64,000 nt of DNA from Antedon mediterranea (Eukaryota; Animalia; Echinodermata), in the NCBI RefSeq assembly GCF_964355755.1, contig NC_092675.1, positions 25,888,912 to 25,952,911 of the forward strand, read 5' to 3'. The notes beneath the pieces were generated by a model that did no database searches, was not told where the DNA came from, and was given only the letters and a program-made list of their open reading frames with translations. The position numbers and the translations under genes are program-made. Positions 13,670-27,400 of this stretch are shown in pieces (within the stretch, counting starts at the first letter, position 1; each line of letters begins with the position of its first letter).

Positions 13670-14274
13670 ACTCACAGTTTTTTCAGAACTAATATACGTG
13701 GTGTACCGCAAACCTTTTATCAACATCGTTTATGTTACTGTTACGAGCGTGATTAAACCATCACGAATCGCCCATTCCATAAAGTAGATGGATATTTGGA
13801 AAAATATAACTAATTTTTTCGATTGAAATTGCCGAAAAGTCGATACTGGATATTGCATTGATTTACGTAGAGCCGAATCATGAAGATGCAAAGGGGGTTT
13901 TTTTTATTTATTTGTTTTTATTCTTTTTATCGTCCAACCATAAAAAAACAACCACCTGAATAAATAAAAAAAATGCAAAAGTAAGTAAACAGAATGAAGA
14001 AATTTAAAGAAAATATAGGATGGTTAAATGTGGTTTTATAATTCCAAAAAAAAATAATTTCAGCTTTTGACAATTAGGCTACACTCATTGTATTCATTTC
14101 ATAACGTTCGAGTACTTTAAAGTAGTTTCATGCTGTCGTCCAATCAATTTGATCCAAGCTAGTGTTTATCGCAATATTCGCAGCAGCTTTGAAACCTGAT
14201 TGTTGGACAGGATTGTTATTGATGTAATTCCATAGTTTTGATTGGTCCGAATAAGCCGAAAATGTTTTATCCTA

Positions 14275-14433
14275 CTTGGTTCCCACAAGAGACGCAACTC
14301 AAGGATGTGATGCAACGTAAGTTATTTGACCAATCACAAGCGATGGATTATTCAAACTGTCACTTTTCATTGGTCAACACGCTTGCGTTGCGTTTACGTC
14401 CTTGCGTTACGTCCTAGTGGGTACCAAGCTTAA
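14275..14433. mobile_element. MITE family B (AAGCTTGGTTCCCAC TIRs)
   Basis: CTTGGTTCCCAC...GTGGGTACCAAGCTT. Related copies at ~4155-4285 and ~15490-15600. Confidence 0.65.
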
Positions 14434-15189
14434 GTATTTAAATAGGTCGGTTTTCTCAACCAGTAACATTAGCTTGTCGTTGCTGCATCAACTTTTTTCA
14501 GGTTTGTCAATTGTTTTTACTTTACATTTTATTTTACATAATTTAGTAGACAGAGCTTAGGAATATAGTTTTACCAGCATTATAGGTTGTACAACATTTT
14601 AATTTGATTGTATTTTAAGAATTCTTTTCTCATAACTTTACTTTCAGCTCAGAACAAATTTGGCAAATAAATATAAGACTATTTTGATTTTATATTTTCT
14701 TTATTTTAAACAAAATAACTATTATATCGTTGACAACTTTCTAATACATTTAAACGAAATATTTACATATATTGTACATGGTTTTTTATGTCGGTTGAGA
14801 GGAGGAGATTGGTTCGCATATGGTGGCATTTCTGATACCCTGATAAGAACTCAGTTTTGGCATGGAGGAAAAAATAATAATGGTGGTTTTGGTTTATTCA
14901 TTCATTAATTCATTCATTTCCTTCGATATTATTCATTTATTATTTATTTCCAATATCTGTCTATTGTAGCAACTTTGATTAAGAAAAGAAAACAATTTGA
15001 GTATCATAATACAGAAGGAAGTATTATTATAATTAGTTTTCAAGTCGAAATAAAGTATATGCCTAAATGGTTCATCATGTGATTCCTAAAGGGAAGTTTT
15101 TAATGACGTTTATGCTTCCTTTAGTAATCGAATTCCTGATGGTACTGTCGTTCCTTGTTCGGCATACCGCAAGCCTACTTTATAAAGAA

Positions 15190-17166
15190 TTATAGACCTA
15201 CATACAGCTGAGCATTATTATTGATTTGATTTTTACATGTTTTTCGACTGTGCTTACGATATTTGGAGTCGTATGAAGCAGTTTCGAAACAGAGGGCGGC
15301 TTCACGGTCACATGTGCAAATTGCTTTTCCACAATCTGTGTCTTCCTGGAAAACATCTTCTGTAAATAAAATGCAAAACTGCCTCAATATAATAGTTGCA
15401 TCAAACAACACAGAATCATGCGCACATTCGGCCTGTATAGGCCTACCACGTAACATTAGTTATGTCACCAAAGAGGGCTAAGGATGTATTAAGCTTGGTT
15501 CCCACTTGCGACGTAACGCAAAGCAACCTGCACAACATAAGCAAATGCTATTTGCATCACTTTGCGTCAGTCGTTGCGTTCTAGTGGGAACCACGCGTTA
15601 GGACGGATGAAATTGAATCCATGCATTAATGGTTATTAATAAGTAAGTTGGTTCCATGGGCACAGTCCATCGCTATTTTGTTAGGTAGAAACCAATTCAC
15701 CAGGATAAATAACTAACTATGTCTGAACGGGCCATTATGACGCAAACATCTGACGTAGGCTACGCGCGACGTGGAGAGAAAGAGAAAGATTTTTTATTGC
15801 ATTTCCCAGTGAAAACAAAACTTAACATAATATTAGTCACAATATAATAATATTTACCGCATGTAAGACTTGCATCCGATCGACAACCAGTGGTAGAAAA
15901 CTTATACCGTGCTATATAACTTTGAATGTTAGAACATTTGCCTGTATCAATGGCCTCACCATAGCATTGGTCATGGTTTTTGCAACATCTAAAAAATACC
16001 AGTAATATTAATAATAATAGTTTATTGTTATATAGCGCATTTAAGTAAGCTCTCAATGCCCCGCACATTATTACCCCGATCATATTTGCTCGATATCAAA
16101 GCGTCTGTAGATATCTCCTATTTTTAGTCAAACTGATCAAATTTCTCTTGTTTTTATTCAATATCCTATTACACAGGCGCCACCTTGGCTTCAAAGCGCC
16201 TCTTTTAAAGTCCTACAGCTTATACCCACCTGTCGGTCTCATCGACTGGGGTGCCAACCCCACCAAATCCACACCAACACCCGTAGTGGTTGTACGATTC
16301 CAAAACGTGTCTATGTGTGGTACATTTTACCATCGATCGGAATTGGTCTAATGCTCTTTTAGATCGGCGATGCGAACCTAAAAATATAGTATCTATGTAA
16401 ATATAAAGTGGAAACAGTGTAACATTTGGGTACATTAACCGTCTCGATTAGGCCTACTCACCCTGTCTCAGATGTTTCGCGATAGGATAGGTAGATTTGA
16501 TACATTAAATGATTAATTCTGAGATAGGCCGCGGACAATGCAACGGTTGTGTACATACTCGTCTCGGTTACTCACCTTTAACTGTCTATGTTCCGCGATA
16601 GGTAGATTTGATAACATTTTATTCGGACTATACGATTGTTCCATTTATCTCTTATAACAATTGAGTTTAAATCATCAAGAAATACACTTCAAATAATAAA
16701 TGATTTTTTCACGCATGATATTTTACCATGTTGCTATGCAACTTATCAACCGAATATCATATAATCGATAATAGGTTGAATATAATCATATGAAACAATT
16801 CTGTAGTAGATTATACAAAAAAAAAAACAATTAGGCCTAGGCTACAACGGTATTGTTTTGCTATCACTATTGTATGCATCTGTTTATATAATTTTGAAAC
16901 ATTCGGACCGTAAACGTGCACCATACAGAATCACTACTAAACTAATTACTAATGTATTAGGAATATGCAATCTTAAGTCTAGTATAGTGTTTAAACAGTG
17001 TACAAAATTCTTAGGCTATAAGGTAGATTAGCCAAGGCTTATATATTCATCTTTTGGTCATGGCACAAAATTAAACTACAGTACCTGTATTTGAATTAAC
17101 AGCCTCACTCGCATATAAATTGCATAACAGTATCAGAAATGACGAGAAGAAAATTTTCTGTTCCAT
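15190..17166 (-). CDS. Group I secretory phospholipase A2 #1 (176 aa precursor)
   Basis: Exons 17166-17085, 16377-16230, 15988-15858, 15359-15190. Signal [19 protein letters not shown] propeptide site, Cys11, Ca loop [23 protein letters not shown], 14 mature Cys and a C-terminal tail. Confidence 0.92.
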
Positions 17167-17608
17167 GTTGAGTGTGAATAAAAATTATCATAATAATTAT
17201 GCGTATGGTTGCATTTCATACCGCTGATGGCGTCATCATAACCATTTTACTTAATTTTAAAATACCATTAATAATAGGGCTATAGGACCAACTATACATG
17301 AGTGTTATTGCCCGAATAAGTGCTAAATAAATCTCAAATATACAAATAAACATTTACGTATGATTTCCTCACTGTTCAAATAGTATATGTAATATAAACC
17401 CGGAAAAATTTAGCCCGGTGAGATAAAAATAAGACTAAAATGGTACAGCCATCTAGAGATTGTTCAAACAGGAATGATGGCCGGCACAAACTATAACTAC
17501 GATAAAGCGCAAAATGGATCGATACATTTTGTTACTCTCTTCTATGGTAGGCCTACAAGCAGCCTTTATCGTATTATTTTAGCTTGAACTGACAAACACA
17601 GTGAATGT

Positions 17609-19807
17609 TTATTTACTGCAGCTAGATCTGTCGTAGTACCGGTACCCTTCAAATAAGCTTCCTTGTGCAAAACACTTTGCCGCCATACGGTCACATTCGC
17701 AAATTTCCATTGCACATTCTTTATTTACTTTATACCAACTATACGAGTTAGCTGGGCCTACAAAAGTAAAAAAAAGGCATTCATTATTATTATTAACTTA
17801 CGTATTAATAGCCTAAAACCTTGTCTAACCAGGGAGTTGCAAATTATTATTTTATTTATTTTACAATTCCTTGATCAAACTTTATGTGACAAAACAATTT
17901 GATGTGCCTATGGACATAATGATGTCATATTACTACCATATTTGGGCATATCACTACCATATTTTCTGGGCAGAGTCATTAGTATGCAGTAAGAATGTAA
18001 ATGCACTTGGGACCACCACCGTCACCAATAAGCATAGTTAAAGTAGTTTTGGTAGTTACCTCTCAGTTTTTTTTGCCTCCAAATTTTTGTAGAAACAAAA
18101 TTTTCCTTCATAAAAATGACTTTTGCTGTTGATGTTTCTAAAATGTTGTTCGGTAGGTTGGAGCTAATTGTACCAGTTGTCGAGTTGGTTAATGTGTTTA
18201 GTTAAAAGTTGAATTTCTGATTAATTAAAATTGTTTCGATTTGTTTTTTTGATTAAATGTTGTTGTTGATTAATATGTATCAAGTATATCGATTTGATTA
18301 ATACGTTACATACAGCAAGATATATCAGCATTTGCGGTTCCACATTCTGAGTATTTAAGGCGGTACCATGCGACGTAGGTGAACGATGAGGACGGGCATT
18401 TCTTTGTGTTCACTGCCTTCAAATAACACAAATCATGCTGTTGACAACATCTGTATGCAAACGAAAGGAATAAAAATGAAACATGAATATATACATCGCA
18501 GTCGATTACCGTACGGCGTCATGCCAAACAACAAGAAATTGCGGGACTGTTCCAAAAAGGACGGTAACAGGCTCATCCATATTATCACACAATAAGTGTG
18601 TCGTACACGCGAAACTAAGTCATATGTGACTGTTTTTGTCGTTATGCGCGATACCATGCGATATCTTGTAGGCCTATACGTCGTGTTCGTAACTGTCGAG
18701 TATACGCTCAAAAGCGAATGTAAGCATTATATTCAATGTGCGAAAGTTAAGATATGTTAAACTCGTTCTCTATAGGAATTAAATAACATATGAGTCGGTT
18801 TTCTGCATTGTTTATTTACATTATCGGATGTACTGTACCTCTCGGAGTTAACGGCACGGAGGTATAAGATAATTAACTAATCACAGTCACCAAATGCACG
18901 TCGGATATAGGCCCTAATTCTGATATGATTCAAATCAGCTTAAATCCGTTCTACACGATTAACTCTAATGCGTACGTGTGAACACACTGACAATACAACG
19001 TGTCATAGTGTATATACTCATTCCTGGTGTTAGTTACGCCAGTTGCTCCAATTCGTGAAAATGGTTTACCTACCCGTCAATGTGATCAACTGGCTTTCCT
19101 TCACCACCAAATCCACAGTAGCATCCATACCCAACGAATTCAAGAGGATCAATCCCCGTTGTACATTGGATCATAGTGCCGAATTGGCTTAGTTCACGCC
19201 GTGCGCGATGTGGCGCATTGATAACAGCACCTACAGGAAATAAAAGAGGCTTTTAAATACATTATTTACAGCATGTATTACAGAACATAATTCTGTTATT
19301 TAAACTGGATAAAATAGACCATTGTTGCTAGCTGAATTAGTTAAAACGTGTCTGATTGGGCGGGATATTGGTTGGAAATCAGTTTTTAATTGACTCAGTG
19401 TGCGATTAACTTGATTTGTTTTTGTTTATGTTGAGGGGACCCTTAGGATGAGGGCTATCCCCGGTACCATACAAAATGATTCCGTTTGTTGTTTCGTTTT
19501 TATTTTCTTTTGTTCATGATAATGTCGAAATATATCAAATCAAAATCAGTGATCAGATCCTATAGATTCTGATGGGCGACCATTGCCATTTCGATTAGCC
19601 TATAGTTAAACTACACAATCTCCTTAGAGCCTAATGATTATCGATAAGCGTCACACTCATCAGGCTGAATTTGCCATACTAATTAAATTATAATCAGCAG
19701 TGAAAAAAACTTTCGAACATGTAGACCTAGCAATAAAAGAAGTTCAACCAACCTGAATTTACATTTGACAATACAACTATGCTTAGTATTGCTGCTACAA
19801 TCCTCAT
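17609..19807 (-). CDS. Group I secretory phospholipase A2 #2 (165 aa; not in ORF track; 15 mature Cys)
   Basis: Exons 19807-19753, 19230-19074, 18450-18314, 17757-17609. Reads [14 protein letters not shown]...[15 protein letters not shown]...YGCYCGFGG...[10 protein letters not shown]...[27 protein letters not shown]...SCSK*. Confidence 0.92.
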
Positions 19808-20928
19808 GTTGTCACTAACGTCTGCTCAGACTGCGTACCGGCCAATGTTCGTTGGTTAATTGTATCGTGATGAAAAACTAGCTGTAGAGACCTAATACAT
19901 ATTTGTACCTTTACCTATACGATAGTGTTATCTTCTAACTTCATATCTATGACGATAAAAGCCAATGCCCTATTACGAAATTAGAGCTAGAAATACGTAC
20001 TTTAGAATGAGGTTAAATACCTAAACTCATTATTATTATCAACAAGTAAAATAAACTTAATAATTTCTCAAACCCGAGAATGCATTAGGTCTACAGCTGT
20101 ACATCACAGGTTTAATCTAAAGTAAAACTTTTCACTATACATACCGTGTGACTGCAGGTGATAACGCAACTCTAAGTAGTATTATCAAGAAGACAGGCCA
20201 GCTAAGTCGTAAGACTACCTCTGTGACGTAACGATCGTACTATCTTTATACACATGAGTTCAATTTCATGTGACTTATTGTTCTCTAATTGTTTCCGACT
20301 TATGAATGTGTAATATGTTTATATAATAGTATTACCTCCGCCACATAAGATTGCTATCCACCAATTATTATTTTGAGATACATAATTTATTTATGTTTTG
20401 GAGCCTAACTGGAAGTCTCTTTTTCATTGGCATCGTTTTCAAAAAACGTTTTAGTTTGTATGAAAAGTGTTGAGGATTTTTGTATTCAAATACTATGGCA
20501 ATGATTGCTATCTGCCTAATTTTTAACAGCCAAAATGAAAAACGGGGTTTTCCGTCAACGGTTATTTTTATTTCAATATGACATAAAAACAGAAAAATAG
20601 ACAATACAGCAACTAGAATCATATTGAGGATCCATACTAGAAGAATAACATATTCTTTTCACGTATAAAACCCTTTTCAAACTAAAATAATATAATTAAC
20701 AAAGTAAACGAACATACCGTCGGACTCGGTCTACAAGACGGTCGAGCATTTTGGGGTCTTGGGTACAACAAAAAATAAGTAAACGATATAAAATGATAAT
20801 AACATTTATTACTTAAAAAATGCATGCATTTGTATTTTTTTTTTTCGAACGCCAGCATTTCCTACCAAACTCGCGGAAGAAAATACATTTTCCGAGAGGC
20901 TTGTTAAAGTTATGAAACAGTCTTCAGT

Positions 20929-22660
20929 TTAGCATTGTGACTTGTCGTGTCTAACATGACTTGGGTTATAAGAATTGGAAGCACTAGCAAAACACAATGC
21001 CAGTTGACGATCACATTTGCATATCGCTATTGCGCAGTCTCTGTAAAGCCATTCGTACCATGATGAATAAGCAGACGCAGAGGCTGAAAGACAGACGTAA
21101 AATGAACGTAAACACACAAATAAAATAATAATTAAAATAATTATTTTGGCTAACCAATGCCAAATTAAATATCTAAACCTTCCGTTTAATAACTTATTTT
21201 AAAAAAATTATTGAAAGGGCTATTCGGTCACTAGGTTAATGTTTTACTGATTAATGCGAAAAAAACAGAATGTTACTAATTGATTCAAGTTTTCTTTTAT
21301 TAGATTTGGAATTATTTCAATCCAGAGAAGCATTAACGAAATAGTCTTTACTTAGGCATTGGCTCTTACCACATTCAACTTCTGGAGTCACAGACTGACA
21401 GTTCCGTGTGTTGTAGCGGTAGTTGGTAGCATACGGCATTAAGCGATAACAAGGACCTCCCTCGCTTGAATCGGTTTTTTCGTAACATCGATCGTGACGC
21501 TTACAACATCTGAGAAAATTATTGTATTAGTATTTTATCAATGTAAAAGTGTGCGTATTAAGCTGTGTCACACTATCAAACTTTATGGACATGATGATGT
21601 CATACTACTACCATATTTGGCATCACACTTTTTTTGTCAAACTAGTTTGATAGTGTACAAACAAAAGTGTAAAATATAATTTGAGATCAACCTACACTTT
21701 ACCCATAAATAAAATCGCATCTTCCTGAAGATTCTTTAAATCGAAAATTATTTTATAGCACAATAATAAAATAGGCAGATTAAAATCAAGATGGCATTTA
21801 AACAAGTAGGCTTTACATATGTTTATATAATATTATTACCTCTTCAACACAAGATTTCTATCCATAAATTATGATTTTTAGATACTGAATTTCTTTCGTT
21901 TTCAGACGTTTTAATTTGTATGAGGATTGATAGGCCTAAGTGTTGAGGAATTATTTTAATGTCAAATAGATGGGCGATGATGGCTATCTGCTGCCTAATG
22001 GCATTTAAATTAGTAGGCCTTACATATAGGCTTACCTGTCTGTATTATCAATTGGATCACCGGAGCCTCCAAACCCACAATAACATCCATAGCCATTGTA
22101 TTCATAAAATGCACTGCGACCAGTTGTACACATAATCATATCGGACATCTGACCTAGAGAACGGCGATGCCGATTACCTTTTTTTGAAGAAAAAATTATA
22201 AAAACGATAAAAATTAAATTTATTAACATTTTATTAGGATTAATGTATTACAAATTGTCTTTAATAAGTTAAACAGAAAACAAACAAAAATTAAATAAGG
22301 GACGTGATAGTGTCTCTTTTTAATTGTTATTGAGTCTGACGGTTTTTGTAACTAAGGCTTTAATTCCCTTTAAAAAAAAATAAAACCCAATGATAACGGT
22401 AAAAATACATGTATTCTATATCCGTCCGTATACTGACACTGTATCACAGTGGATAGCTTCTAAATACAAAATATTTATAGTTAATTATAATTAATATCAT
22501 AATGAAAATGCAGAGCGTCTTTATTACCTGAAATATTTTGAGCAATCTATCACTTGTAATTTTGATGGTATTATACATGATTTAATTATAATTGTTTACC
22601 TGGAAGTGCTGAGCATGTGGATAGACACACGAAAACCAATACAAGGAATGACGAGAACAT
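20929..22660 (-). CDS. Group I secretory phospholipase A2 #3 (165 aa)
   Basis: Exons 22660-22600, 22177-22036, 21509-21370, 21083-20929. Signal peptide, [32 protein letters not shown], 14 mature Cys. Confidence 0.92.
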
Positions 22661-24474
22661 TTTGAATACAAATAATTCCTGTACCTGTTGAACGAAAATT
22701 AACTAATGGGTAAACTAGGACTAGAAGCCATAAGATGAACACTTATGACTGAATATGTATGCTAAAGTTATGAGATGTATGTACATTTTTGTGAAATTTT
22801 GTGAGGTTTTTGCGCGTTTACTTTTCATCAAGGATTTCTCCATAGAGATATTATAGTGAATATTATATAATGACATTATAGTTTACTATAATACCTTGAT
22901 TATGATTATGATTTCACACAAGGAGGGGTAATTGTCGAAGATGTTGAGATAACAAATCGTATGTTTAAATAAGGGAAGTGATCTAGTCTCTCTCTCTCTC
23001 TCTGAATTTATTAGTTTTACTTTTTTTGTAACTTAAGTAGCTTTCGATAGTGTTGCATAGTCATTTCCCTATACAACTTTCCATATTGGAGATGTACTGA
23101 CAAGATAAGGGGGTTATATAATGTATTGCAAGTATATGTACAGGAAATACGTTTTTACTTTGAAGAGGATACCATTGGCCTTAGATATTGGATTTGGATT
23201 TTCGTATATAACAATACCTAAGAAAGGAAAGTACTGTGATATGGGCGTTGCTGTCAGCAGCCATGATACCGTGTGATATGTTTTTTGTTGCTAGACATGA
23301 TACCGTACCGGTAGAACAGGCTGTAAACTAGGACTTTCTTAGACCAATAGGTGAACTATAGGACTATCTTGGGCCTATATGAATAATAATTTAGTTCTAA
23401 CGGATATTACCGGGATTTGCCTACTATGCTCACTCAATTCAATTCAATTCAATTCACATTTATTTACTCATCGTTTATAAATACAGTTTCATAGCATAAA
23501 TGATGGCAAGGATCCTGCATAGAGAAGTTTACACTTCTGTTTTCGCACTCGCATGTCATATGGGGACCTCCCATAACATGCAACGATATCACCGACATTA
23601 CTTTTACTTCTTAATATTATATAAGTGCTAATACGCCTACGCAATATGCAATGTTTGTGGCCTAGGCCTATATAAATGTTGGTAAATGTGGTTAAAACAA
23701 GATTTTAAATGTACAATTTTATATATAACAATATCCGTTTTCGGCTTACCTGCTGAAGAATTCTGTTTAATAGGTCAGTGCCGAGGTGTGTTCTAGTTGT
23801 TGTTTAGGCACTATCCTATTCAAATATAGGCCTAATAAAATATGCCTAGTGTAAATATAACTACCAAAGATAATTTGTCGGCTACTTTCACATCTTCTTC
23901 TGAATTAGCACGTGTTTACATTGTAAATATGACACCTATAATTACGAATTTTAGTAAAATCCACGTGTGAATGTGTGGATGATATCGAGTATCGATAAAT
24001 CGATTGATATCGAGTATCGATAAATCGATCGGTTTGCTTGTTAATAATAATGAAACAACATAAACAATATTTACCCTTACCTGATTTGTGTTAAAGAAAT
24101 TGAAACTCAAATGTCCTTATGCAACTGATGCACAAATTTGGTGGCTGGATATTGTTAACGAACTCTCACCAAACTATAGGCCTATTATATAATGAAAAAG
24201 TATTGAATCATATTACACAAGCAGCATTGCATTTCGATATCACGTTATACTAATAGCCAATCAGATATCAGGAGTCAAGAAAGTTGAACCTATAGACAGT
24301 TTCGTTTGTCTAACAATATCTTGTAACAATTATTCCGATTTTATGAAGTAACGATTCAGTAATTTTCCAAATAGATTGAAATCAAATTAATAGGAAATAG
24401 AAAATATTAAAATTAAATATATCTTATATACATTTTAGTTCTTACAGGTAAATATTACAAGAAAAGGATCAAAC

Positions 24475-27400
24475 ATGCGTCTTAGTGTTGTGCTGTGTAT
24501 TGTCATGGTCGCTGGTGAGTGGGAATATTTAAAGATAAATTGTCCTCCTAACATTTTTTGATGTGTCATTTTAATGTCACGTAATAGTTATTCACTGTGA
24601 CTGAATCGAGAAAAAATTTATTTACTTGAAAAATGTAATTTAAAGCAAAAAATACTAAAATTGTCTGTCAGACAACGGTTTTGGTAAAATAAGTGAAATA
24701 ATTTTTGGGTTTTTTTTGTACAGAAAGTAAATAACTTTATTAAACTACAAAATGGCATATTTCAAGTTGGATTTTATTAATCTTCATTTGTCATGTTTTG
24801 GGGGACAATACATCTTTAAAATCAAGGTTTCAGGTTCAGAGTATTGAAGCAAATGAATACGAATAACATATACATTTAGGGCCATGTTAGAAGAAGTTGT
24901 TTATCAAATAATTTAAATTCTATTTCCGATATCGATATGGATAAATATTTTAGTATTGGGTTTATACCAACGGCTACAGTACTCATTAAAATAAAAATAA
25001 TGTATTCATCATCATAGGACTATAATTATAAGGACATTTTATTAAAATCATATTAAAATCTTTCATTTTCGTAAGTGCAAAAGGAAACGCGGATACTTTT
25101 GTTACAGCAAATTTGTAGACAAATCGAAACAAACTTGGGAATAGTTTTTAATGACGTAATAATACAAAGTTCTCAAGTGAGATGGCTCGCATTAAATGGC
25201 ATTGGTATGACGTTGGGATGACGTAAAATTGCTGGTCATTTTTGGATATAACACCTTGCCCTTATAATTGGTCATAACAGGGAAGGGTTAATTTAACTCT
25301 TCCCTGGTCATAATGATAATGTCATGCTAATGTGACGTAGTATATCCTGTCACATTGATTCTATCACATTCACATTCTCCTATCACATGACATGACATTT
25401 TCAAATTATGTATAAAAAAAACGTTTTCTTATCTCAAATCAGATTTTAACTGTACTGTATTGATTAGTGGCTGGTAGCGAGTGATGTAGAATATGCACGA
25501 GATAGGCCTATGGGAATATTAATTATGTAATTAAAGGACAGGATCTAAATATATAGGAACTACGTTTGTTGAAACGATCAAAGTATATTGATCGAAACGT
25601 CGAGAAACTCAACAGTTCTTTTCAGAACTAATACACGTGGTGTACCGCAAACTTTATATCAACATTTGATTTCGCCATGCGAACCTTGAAACAATATATT
25701 GAATATTTAATATAGTATATTGAAACGTATTAACATTTGAAATGAACTAGCATGTTCACAATATATAGGAACTACGTTTGTTGAAACGTATTAAAATTGG
25801 ACATGATATACAGTTTAGTCTTTTCCGTGTCGTTATAATTTGTTGTATTCAATTCAATTCAATTTCTTTTTATTTTGGAAAAATTGTATCCATATCAACA
25901 AACGTACAAACAGAAAAAGAAAATTCGCAAACTCTAAGCTTATATACGATATATATTAACGTTTATGAAAGAAATTAGGAAAAAAAAATGTTTTATAATA
26001 GCAAATATTATAGGCCTAGGCCTATGCAACCACAAACAATATCTTAACTGCATATTTGTTATTTTAGCATGTTATGGCGGTACAATTCAGCGACATAAAA
26101 GGGATCTGATACAATTTGCAACAATCCTCAGATGTGCAACAGACAGAGAAAATTTAATGGATGTCTTATTCGAATTCAATGGCTATGGATGCTACTGTGG
26201 CAAAGGAGGCAAGGGCGAGCCTGTCGACGGCCTAGATCAGTAAGGATTTGTGTCCTTTCTAAAGCTCTGTCTAAAACAAAAAGTTATTTATATGGACACG
26301 ATGACATCATATTATCACTACCGTATTTGGGCACATCACACTTTTTCCTTTGTCAAACTAGTTTGATAGTGTAGACGGAGCTTAAGAGAGTGGGTGTTTT
26401 ATATGAGGAGAGAAGACTTGAGTATTGCTGCATTTTTCACTACCATATTTGGGCATATCACACCTCGTTTTTTGTCAACTAGTTTGATAGTGTAGACAGC
26501 GGTTAAGATAGTGGGCGTTTTATTTGAGGAGAGAAGTGTTGCTGCATTTCTAAAAAAAGAATTTATAGTTTCCTGTTTATTTTTACCTTTTCTGTTGAAT
26601 TCGATGTCGAGGTTGATTATTTATTAATAATTATGTATCAGTTATTATTTGTCTCTTGTTCGATTTATCTATATATGACCTATGACCTATGACCTATGAT
26701 ATTTTACACCATTTTTTAATACTGTATTAATGATCTGAGCCTAAGGTTAAGCCATACAGTATACCAATACATTTCTAACCTGAACTTGGAGCTAAAATGT
26801 TCTTCTTAATCTCTGTAGATGTTGTAAAGTCCATGACGATTGTTACGAGAACCTCCGTAATGCAAACACGTGCAAGAACAATTTTAATCTTTATGCCGCT
26901 TCCTATCAATACACAAAAGAAAACTGTGATACCGCAGAACCGACTATAACATGCAGTAAGTGTTTTATATCCGAAGCATTCAACAGAGCTAAATTAAAGA
27001 TGTATTGTCCCCCTGAAAAAATAATTCTTAAAAAACAATTGTTGAATATTCCATTTTAATGTAACGTAATAGTTATCCACTTTGACCAAAAATTGGGTCT
27101 AAAAAAGTGTATTTACCTGAAAAAAATGTAGTTTAAAGCAAAAAATGGTCAAATTGGCTGCCAGCCAATGGATTTTTGGTTGAATTTAACCATTTATTTT
27201 TTCATTTTACAAGTGAAAACATTTTTTTTTTTCATTTTTTTTCTACGGAAGTGATTAACTTTATATTAACTACAAAATAAGGTATTCAAAGTCTGATTTA
27301 ATTAATCTTCATTTTTCATGGGGGGACAATACATCTTTAAACACTATGCTTTATATATGTATATCTATAAGCCAGTTTTCCACTAGGGTATTTTATTCGT

